From Eledone cirrhosa (lineage: Eukaryota), in assembly GCA_964016885.1 (NCBI GenBank), contig OZ024749.1, forward strand, positions 52,700,001-52,764,000: a stretch of DNA of 64,000 bases. Direction: 5' to 3'. Of this stretch, positions 1 to 64,000 are shown piece after piece; position 1 is the stretch's first letter; the number at the start of each line of letters is the position of its first letter. The position numbers and the translations under genes were made by a program. The notes under the pieces are model-generated. The model saw nothing but the letters and a program-made list of their open reading frames with translations, was not told the origin of the DNA and did not search any database.

Positions 1-191
1 ATCCTATGAGATGCAATCTTGTATGAGGCCAACTAAACCCAAAATAGGTGTGAGCTGTGACAACATGATAGAACTGAGGTCCTCTGTTCTAAACCGAAAT
101 ACATGCGAGCTGTAACAACATGATAGGGCTGGGGGACCTCTTGTTATAAATCTAGATAGGTGTGAGCTGTAACAACAATATATGTACTTAC

Positions 192-30010
<29,819 letters not shown>

Positions 30011-31150
30011 CACTAAATAAAATAAAGAAATATAGAAAATTATACGTTTGTTTAAAAAAAAAAAAAAATTTTCTTTTTTAACCCTTTAGTATTTAAACTG
30101 TCCGTATCCAACCAGAAATCTCTCAACTCTTTCTGTTCAAACTGGCCATTCATACTGATGTTAAGGTATTGTTCTCAAAATAAATAACATCAAAATCTCT
30201 CATAGATTAGATAATTATGTGAGATAAAGCCTTTACCATGAAAATACAATAGTATATATAGAGTAATGTAAATATTAAAGAGTTAAATTAATATTAAATG
30301 CAAAAGGTAAGGAGGACCCCATGAAATAACTTGATAAGTCAGACAATGCTGTCATTGATCAGCTCTGATCAATAATGCCTTGTGATTGATCAGCTTTGAT
30401 CAACCATGTCTTGTGACTGACCAGCTTTGATAAATAATGCCTTGTAATAATGTTCATATATATTAGTTTTGGGAGCCAAAACCCTTATCTCTAATGTATT
30501 GTCTAACCCATGCTAATGTGGAAAAATGGACATTAAACAATGATGATGATGGATAGTTTTGGGAGACTGCCTGCCACAACCCTTATCTCTAATGTACCAT
30601 CTAACCCGTGCTAGCGTGGAAAAATGGACGTTAAATAATTGTTTCTACTTTAGGCACAAGGCCAGCAATTACCCAGTACATTACTGGTACTTTATTTTAT
30701 CGACCCCGTAAGGATGAAAGGCAAAGTCAACTTCGGCGGGATTTGAACTCAGATCGTAAAGGGACGTAACTATGCTGGAAAGCATGGCGTCCGACCCTCA
30801 ACCGATACTGCCAATCCACCGCCCAAAATGGACGTTAAATAATGATGATGATAATGTTTAGTTTTTGGAGACTGCCTGCCACAACCCTTATCCCTAATGA
30901 AACCTCATCATGTACTTCTGTGCTACAGAGAAATAAATAATCTTTAGGCTATATAATTGTTTCTACTTTAGGCACAAGGCCAGCAATTACCCAGTGTATT
31001 ACTGGTTCTTTATTTTATCGACCCCGTAAGGATGAAAGACAAACCTCGGCGGGATTTGAACTCAGACCGTAAAGGGACGTAACTATGCTGGAAAGCATGG
31101 CGTCCAACCCTCTACCGATACTGCCAATCCACCAAAGTATATTTACTTAC

Positions 31151-31204
31151 CGTCTTACAAAATGCCTCAGATTATGAAATTTTGCTCGGATCCTCTGAAC
31201 AAAT
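31151..31204 (-). other. STAG non-coding exon 2 (5' UTR, 54 nt)
   Basis: T-rich acceptor ttttag| and donor acg|GTAAGT; unique sequence with no ATG. Confidence 0.65.
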
Positions 31205-31633
31205 CTAAAAATAAAATAAAAATTAAAATTATGATGCAAGCAAAGTTAATAAGAATAATATTCCTAACATCCTACAATTTAGTAGAGAATATCTGAAACC
31301 CACTTCCCCCTCGCACCAAAAAAACAAACAGGTTTGTTAATTTAAACGTTTATAGTATCTTTACTAATGAACAAATCATTACGGAATTTTGTAGTAAAGA
31401 CTTCAATTTTGAATGTGATGCAGTCAGAGCATTGTCAGCGATGTTACTTTTTAAGAATGTTTTGCTAATGTAGTTTCATGTAGTACAAGACCTTAACACT
31501 TTAGCACCTACATTACTCTATATTTACCATTGTATTTATACTGATGATGTTGATGATACGTGTGTATGTTCGTTAACTTATATATATATACATACATGTG
31601 TATGTCTGTTAACTTATATATATACATACATGT

Positions 31634-32080
31634 GTCCATTAACTTTATATATACTAGCCAAATTACCTGCGCCTTGCTGCGTTTCACACATTTTTTTTTA
31701 GTAATGATGATTGATTTTAAATCAGTGATATAATTTATGGAGAAAAACTCTGCATTTCAATATTACTCAATGTAAAATGTAATGCATGAAAAATTGGAAA
31801 ACATTATTTTTTGTAATATATCAAATCTAAATTACATTATTAAATCTTAGTCTTATTTTGTTTCAATAAATATCAATTCAAAACTTTTGTGAATAGGCAT
31901 ATGTTGTCATTTACCTATGGTTTAAATATATAAATCGAAGGGAAAAAATTTCAGCGGGGTTTGAACTCCTGGTGAACCCTTTGATTAAAATGAAATATAC
32001 GTAAGAAATCAAATTTAATCAAGATTGGTTTGGTAGTCTTTGAGTTTTAGGTTCACAAACAGGCAGAAATTGCCATTTAT
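31634..32080 (-). mobile_element. Probable Helitron-like remnant
   Basis: Minus-strand end GCAGCAAGGCGCAGGTAATTTGGCTAG|T; 5' boundary lost in a TA repeat. Confidence 0.4.
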
Positions 32081-33681
32081 GTATATATATATATATATAT
32101 GTATATACACATATACATAAATGTGTATATTCGTTAACTTATATATGTATACATACATGTGTAAGTTCGTTAACTTATATATATATGCAAACATGTGTAT
32201 GTTCGTTAACTCATATATACATACGTGTGTATGTTGGTTAACTCATATATACACACGTGTATGTTCATTAAGTCATATATACAATACATATATATGCACA
32301 TACATAAGTTCGTAAAGGTGTATCAAAAAGAATCATCAGACATACTGGAATATGGGACGAGTTTAACTACCATGTAGAGATGTCCAGTTACTGTAGGCTC
32401 ATTTATTCTGATATTACCATAGCAGAAGTCCGACGTGCTTTTCATTCCAGAGTCGAGTCAGATCGGGCCTTGAGCTAATCAATCGCGAAACGCGCGCCAC
32501 ACCTCAATAAATGTAATGACGATCTAGCACCTCGTCCTTTTTATTATTATTAGTTATATATATATACGGTGTGTATGTTCTGTGTGTATATATGTGTGTG
32601 TATATATATATAGTAATAATAATAAATGTGAAGCCTAAAATCCAAAGAGGGATCGATGAGGATAAATATATATCAAATATATAAGAACCCTAGAGCAAAT
32701 ATTTATTAAGATAACAGATTAAACTACTTTAATCTGTTATTTTAATATATATATAAATATATATATATATAACAGAGAAAAGAACAATGTTGTCATTATG
32801 TGATCGATTTGTTTTGACTGGCATCTTTCCCAGTTTTGGAGACTTCGGCATAAGTTAAACCGTGTTTATCTATTTATACATACATGTGTGTATATATAAG
32901 TGAACGAAGGGACCTTAACTAACGTATGTATACACAACAAAACGAGATATATTATCAACAATAAAACCTGGAAAAAACTACAGGACACATTTAATTGTGT
33001 TTTACTTTTATTTCTGAAAGGAATTAAAAATATAACAGGCCGAATGTAATTAAAATATATTCCTAGTACGTTATATTATGGTATATTTATAATCCTATAA
33101 AAAATATTAATTTCAGAGGCTTAAATGTGAAAATAACGAAAATAGAATCTAAAAACGATCGAGGTACGGAAACAGATTTTTCAATGAAAGATTAATATAT
33201 ATTATGTTATGGATCAATTATGTAAGATTTAAGGACAGAATGATGGTAATTTTTCATGATTAGATGAAAGAAAAATAAGAAATTGAACGAGAAAATATCC
33301 ATATTGATGTGAAGAATCGAAGTTATTTTGATTTGGGAAGAAAGATTTCAGTTTTAATATGATATGATAAGAAAACACTGGCTAAAAATAGTATTATATA
33401 TAAATATATATATATAATAACATTAGATCAGATGAAATTCGTTGTTGTTAATACAAAAACAAATGAAAATAGGAAGAAATAAAATCAGTGTCAATAATAG
33501 TTCCACCATTTTTTAAGATGTGTGTAACATTAATTTATAATAATAATAATAAAAGTGATCCAGCTAAATATTTAGGTCTGATCGATATATAATTATAAAA
33601 CAACACGGTGTTTTTTATTGACTAAAAGCATCGATAGAAATATGTACGTAAATTAAATTCTATATTTAAGACACAACTCAC

Positions 33682-33760
33682 CGTTAAATGTTGACAAAAT
33701 ATCAGTTTAATAGCATTTCTGGCGGGAAGTGACCGAGTAGTGACGGAATTAACCGAGTGA
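33682..33760 (-). other. STAG non-coding exon 1 (5' boundary approximate)
   Basis: Minus-strand donor ACG|GTGAGT at 33682/33681 beside a motif-rich, CpG-containing promoter-like segment. Confidence 0.6.
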
Positions 33761-33921
33761 TGACGGAAGTAACCAAGTGATAACGAAACTAACCGAGTGA
33801 TGACGGTGATTCAATCACGTGACTACCTAGGTTCTCTCGAAATAAATTATTATTATTATTATTAGTTGCTGAGTTTTTCCCTCTGGATTTAATTACTTAT
33901 TGTCAATCAGCTCAGGTAACG
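33700..33921. promoter_or_regulatory. Putative bidirectional STAG/CDC20 promoter
   Basis: About 240 bp between the STAG exon-1 donor and the CDC20 ATG. Contains TGGCGGGAA (E2F-like, 33720-33728), about 4.3 copies of a 20-bp TGACGGAAGTAACCGAGTGA repeat with ETS-like CGGAAGT (33721-33806), and TCACGTGAC E-box (33815-33823). Confidence 0.75.
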
Positions 33922-45788
<11,867 letters not shown>

Positions 45789-45838
45789 GTTATTTCATTA
45801 TAGAATTTTGATTTGTGAAATTGATTTTAATTTAAATG

Positions 45839-45958
45839 AATAAAATAAATATTGTTGGCTTAGATGTAAAACTACTTTTGTAGTGTTAAAATGTTATGAA
45901 TTCACGCAGTCATATTTGTTTTTGTATGTTAATTTGAATTAAATAAAGTACAATAAAT
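45839..45958 (+). terminator. Candidate CDC20 polyadenylation signals
   Basis: Several AATAAA hexamers (about 45839, 45844, 45942, 45952) 50-170 nt after the stop. Confidence 0.55.
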
Positions 45959-46163
45959 ATATTTACCATCATTATTGATGAAGCACAAATATACATACAT
46001 ACATATATACATACATAGCATGGGGAAATGGACGTAAAATGGTGATGATGATATATATATCATCATCATCGTTTAACGTCTATCTTCCATACACGTACAT
46101 GTTAGGAAGTATTATTGATGGAGCAGGGGAGCAGGCATATAAATAAAGATAAAAATGTGTGTG

Positions 46164-46201
<38 letters not shown>

Positions 46202-47695
46202 TATATACATAGTTGGATGGAAAATTGTTTTTTTTTATGAAAGACATTCCTTGTTTGTATTTTACTTATATTTATTTAATAAACTTTTTATTTTTTTCAT
46301 TTTAAATTCATTAAATGGGAAGAATTCATATATTTTATACTTTATAAATACATCATTTTCAATATCTATTTTTTATTTCTGCTTTCCACGAATGACTTGA
46401 CACGATCCTTGATTACGTGGGTCACAGTGATCTTGTCTTGCTCATATTTTCCATGTATGGCATGGTTTCTGCTCTCAATGCCCATCCTAACACCAACCAT
46501 CTTACAGAGTGTACTGAGTAGGTTTTTGGAGGTTTTTTTCATGACACCAATACTACTAGTTTACAGAGTGGCACTGGGTGTGTTTTTCATGATGGTTTCA
46601 ACACTAACACTCTCTCTCTCTTTCTAGCCCATCTTTTATTTTTCATTTTATCTTCTGATGAAGGACTGAAATGTCTGAAATATTAAAACGCTTTTCCGAC
46701 TATATCAAGCATTAAACTATTATATTTCTTCCTTGTACTGTGTCATTTACTTTTTGCATACATATATATCATCATCATCACCATACGTCTGCTTTTCCCT
46801 GCTTGCAAGGGTGGGACGGGTCTTATTCAGCACAGCATCTCTCCACTTCACAGTGTTTCGTCAAGTTTATATATATATATATCTAAAATCATATTTCACA
46901 CACACACACACACACATTTTATTGTTCTCTATGAAGTCCCAACAATTTTACAGTTTTCAAAATAACTGCGAAACCTCCATGGGTATTGCTAATATATTGT
47001 GAAGGCGCATGGCTTAATAGTTAGAGCATTGGGCTTGCAATCGAAAGTGTTGTTTCCTTGCACAAGACACTTTATTTCATGTTGCTCCAGTTTACTCAGC
47101 TGTAGAAATGAGATGATAGGACTGGGATCCCTATCATTAAATCACCCAAGACACCTCCAAGATATACCTTGGAGGAGGCCAGCTAAACCTGCATAGGTGT
47201 TGTTAGCAGCAACAACAACAACATTGCTAATATAACAGAATCTGAGATTAATGTTTTTTCTCTCTCCTTTGCTTATTTAATTAATTAATACAATGAAATT
47301 CTGTTATAACGAAATTCTTGGAGTGTAAAAAAAATTTGTTGTAATAAAAAATTCTTTATGATCAACCAAAGCACATCAAGCCAGGGTTGAAAAAAATTTT
47401 GTTATACAGGAATTTTACCTGTATCACATGGCAGAATTTATATACAAATGCATCTTAAGTTGTGAAAATATGTCAGCTTTCCATGTTTCATTGTCGAAAT
47501 AATTAACATTTTTATGCATGAAACTCACACATGTATGCAACATATTCTAGATGTAAAATTTATCAAAAGAAAGAAATAAAATCTATTTTTATTTTTGCTA
47601 TTTCCATTCAAGTCTTAATGAATTTCCAAAATATTAAACATGGCAGCTATATTTTGTCTAATTGCCTTTTTTTTCTCTTCTTTTGTTTTTGTTTA

Positions 47696-47731
<36 letters not shown>

Positions 47732-49462
47732 ATATATGTATATATCTTTCTCTGTCTCTCTCCCTCACTCCCCCCCCCCAGTTCTCTCTCTTACCCCCAA
47801 CTCTCTTTCTCCATCTCTTCCCCCCACCTCGCTATCCCACTCTGCTCTCTTTCTCTCCCCATCTCTCTATCATATATATATAGCTCTCTCTCTCTCATTA
47901 ATAAAATGAAACTGTTTTCGTTTCATTTTGTTTTTTACCAAAATGCTGTGTGTTTGCAGCTGGATAGAAATAGAAAAAGTTACCAACTTTAGAAATAGGT
48001 TATAAAACAAATGTTCTACAGAAAGTAGGTTGACTCTCTCTCTTTTAAAACGGAAGAATGGTTGGGGACTTTTGTTGTTTTATTTTGTTTTATTTATTTT
48101 TTTTTTATTTTCTAATTCTTTTTAAATTTTTTTTTTTTTCATTATTATTTTTTTATTATTATTATTATTATTTTTTAATTATTATTATTATTATTTTTTT
48201 TTCTCTCTTTTCAAGAGAACTCACTAAAATTCCAAATAAACGATGCTGATTGTTGTCAGTTTATTTTAATTCCACAGATGAAAGAGAAAATGATGTAAAT
48301 ACAATTTGACTCTCATCACAAATGCATTTAAGTCGCAGTTTTTTAGTTTTCTCTTTCCTCCTTACAGGGTTAATAAAAATAAAATACCAGTAATGCACTG
48401 GGGGCTGATTTAATCGATTCTCACCCTCCTCTCCCTTGTGCCAAAAGTAGAAATAATTATTATTGGTAGATTAAGAGAATCAGTAGTGCAGCAGATGAAA
48501 CACTTTGTAGTATTTATTCCATCTCTTCATATTTAGATCAAATTTCTTCAAATTCAGCTTTGACTGTCATTCTCCTGGGGGTTGATAAAATATAGTACCA
48601 GTAATGCACTGGGCTAGATGTAATCAACTTCTCCACTAACCCTCCCCCTCCCCCATTATTGCTGGTTTTTTAGCCTAAATTAGAAATAATTCTTATATGA
48701 CCCTGTGGAAGGTGTGTCCAAGGATTCTCTCCCCCTCTCTCTTTCTCTCAAAGAAATTGTGTTTGTTCAGACCTGGAGAGGAGATGGGCTCCACCAGGTC
48801 TAAAATGCCACTATGATGTCTCTATGACTTCACGGACTCTGACCCCATCCCCGTGTCACCGCCATGACCCTCTCAGGTATAAGTTGACAAAAAGAACAAC
48901 AACAAAAATATTATAGTGTCTTTCTTCTGTTTGGGAAAAATTTATTCAACATTTTTAATTAGTCCAATAATTAGGGGGTGGGAGTCAGTCAAACTACTAA
49001 CGAGGATCCAATTGGAGTAGAAATGCTTTTTAATGCCAATTATAACTTAAATCGTATATTTTTGAAAAAACAACAACAAAAAAAAAAAAAAAAGGTATTA
49101 ACAAAATATATATATATGCGTTTCATGTCACACGGAGCAGCCCTGATATGGTCTAGTTGTTAGTAAAATGTCTTTTGAAATGGTTTAAAATTGTAAATAC
49201 TTTTTTTTATTTTTTTTATTTTAAATTTATTTATTGATTGATTGTTCCTTTATATTATTTTTTTTTTATATAAAAAAATAGAATTTATCAGCAAATTAGC
49301 TGGACATCTAATCCATAACGATACTATAAAGTTGTTATTGTTGTTGTTTGAGGGTGGGGGGTTTTGTTTTTCGTTTTTGTTGGGTTTTTTGTTTCTTTGT
49401 TTTTTGCTGTTTTTTTTTTTAATGGTGGCTTTCCAAACCAGAGCTGCTGAAAGTTCTTCAAA

Positions 49463-62515
<13,053 letters not shown>

Positions 62516-62763
62516 CTATAATTAAAAGAAACACACAGATTACTTAAAACTGCACACACTGTTGTATTTAACAATTATTATTATTTTCATTTTTATTAAA
62601 TATATATATATATATACAGGGTCTCCCCCAAAATTGACATCATTTTAAAAGCAAATATCTCGAAAACTACTAAGTCTAGCTCAATGCTCAATATATATAT
62701 ATATGGGACAAACCCGTCTAATCAATGCTGGCGTAGAAGATAGATGTTAAATGATCATGATGA

Positions 62764-62850
<87 letters not shown>

Positions 62851-63295
62851 AGTCCCGGGTTCAGTCGGGGGGTAACCACAGTAAATAAAGTACTCAATAC
62901 ATTAGTAGAGTATATACAAAATTTGATATAGAAATGGTTTCTACAGGACTAGAACTGTTTCATTAGAAAGAAATCATTAGGAAAGCTCTGATGATTTCTT
63001 TCAAATGAAATAGTTCTAGTCTTGTAGGAGCCATTTCTATATTAAATTTTATATATATATATATATATGTGAAGGCGCATGGCTGAGTGGTTAGAGAATT
63101 GGATTCACAATCTTGAGGCTGTGAGTTCGATTTCTGGACCGGGTGATGCGTTATGTCCTTGAGCAAGACACTTTATTTAACGTTGCTCCTTCTACCTGGA
63201 GTTGCGACCGATAGATAGTACTAGCAACTGGAAAGACCGATGAAAACATTGTTCCCTCGATCCGATTTGACGAAAGTCGATCGATCTAAAAAGAA

Positions 63296-63342
<47 letters not shown>

Positions 63343-63484
63343 TATATATATATATATATATATATACGGGGGTGAATTGTTGACCACAGGGGAATGGACA
63401 TGCGATTCAAGAACACGCGCCTTGTCTGTTCCCTTGTCATTTCTGTTTGGATTACCATGGGAACGTAACCTTATTATATAAGAA

Positions 63485-63559
63485 GCTGTCTGATGATGTC
63501 ACAGCACTGGGTACACGGAATCGTGTGGCCACTGTCGCCATTGAAATATATATCACAGC
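63485..63559 (+). ncRNA. Type I hammerhead ribozyme-like motif (Penelope-element type)
   Basis: Stem I GCUGU/ACAGC, core CUGAUGA, extended stem II (TACACG-gaat-CGTGTG, TGG/CCA, ACAG/CTGT), GAAA, palindromic stem III AUAUAUAU, AUC triplet. Second copy at 19347-19421 has GAAA changed to GTAA. Confidence 0.7.
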
Positions 63560-63639
63560 CTTACCAATAAAGGACTTTAACATCTGAAACTACTTCAAAT
63601 TTTCTCATTCTATATATATATATATATATATATAACGAA

Positions 63640-63844
63640 GGAAATGTGGTAAGGAACCAGATGGACCATAACACACCAAAGTACTCAATACTTAGGGTAG
63701 TAGAGTGGGTAATAGGAACAAGTATGACCTTGACGGCAGAGCTCAAGCCGTTTCGACAGCTAATTCTGGACTAAACAAATTTTTTTTTAGTTCAGAATTA
63801 GCTGTCGAAACGGCTTGAGCTCTGCCGTCGGGGTCATACTTGTT

Positions 63845-63850
<6 letters not shown>
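63640..63850. mobile_element. Fold-back element with hammerhead 3' half (relatives 56279-56475, 16010-16179)
   Basis: About 65-bp inverted arms; GTCGAAACGGC-ttgagctct-GCCGTC forms stem III with a GUC triplet; TA-flanked. Confidence 0.6.
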
Positions 63851-63887
<37 letters not shown>

Positions 63888-64000
63888 GATTCATGTTTGA
63901 ATCTTTTATTTCTAGTATTAAATATTAAATTACATGAAAATAATCAAGAATTTAATATTTAGTCAAACATAAAGGAAAAGAAAGCAATATTGGAAACGTC

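Overview
AT-rich eukaryotic genomic DNA, dense in (TA)n microsatellites, minisatellites, tRNA-derived SINEs, MITEs and LINE/Helitron/Penelope-type remnants. The repeat landscape suggests a coleoid cephalopod such as octopus (inference). Three spliced genes were reconstructed by hand with phase-consistent GT-AG exons. (1) A cohesin STAG/SA (Scc3) gene lies on the minus strand: 5' end near 33.7 kb, ATG at 30010, about 762 codons inside the window, continuing off the left edge. (2) A complete but divergent CDC20/fizzy gene (11 coding exons, 480 aa, 33922-45788) lies on the plus strand, head-to-head with STAG across about 240 bp. (3) An AIF1/Iba1 EF-hand gene lies on the minus strand (62515-49463, first exon not found in the window). 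The most notable observations are: tandem-duplicated 124-nt STAG exons only 38 nt apart (predicted mutually exclusive exons in the stromalin conserved domain); many hammerhead-ribozyme-like motifs and fold-back remnants of Penelope type embedded in TA repeats; a phase-complementary cryptic exon pair that would add a hydrophobic anchor to AIF1; and Asp-to-Asn changes at CDC20 degron-receptor positions that A-to-I editing could revert. Most ORFs in the supplied track are microsatellite artefacts.
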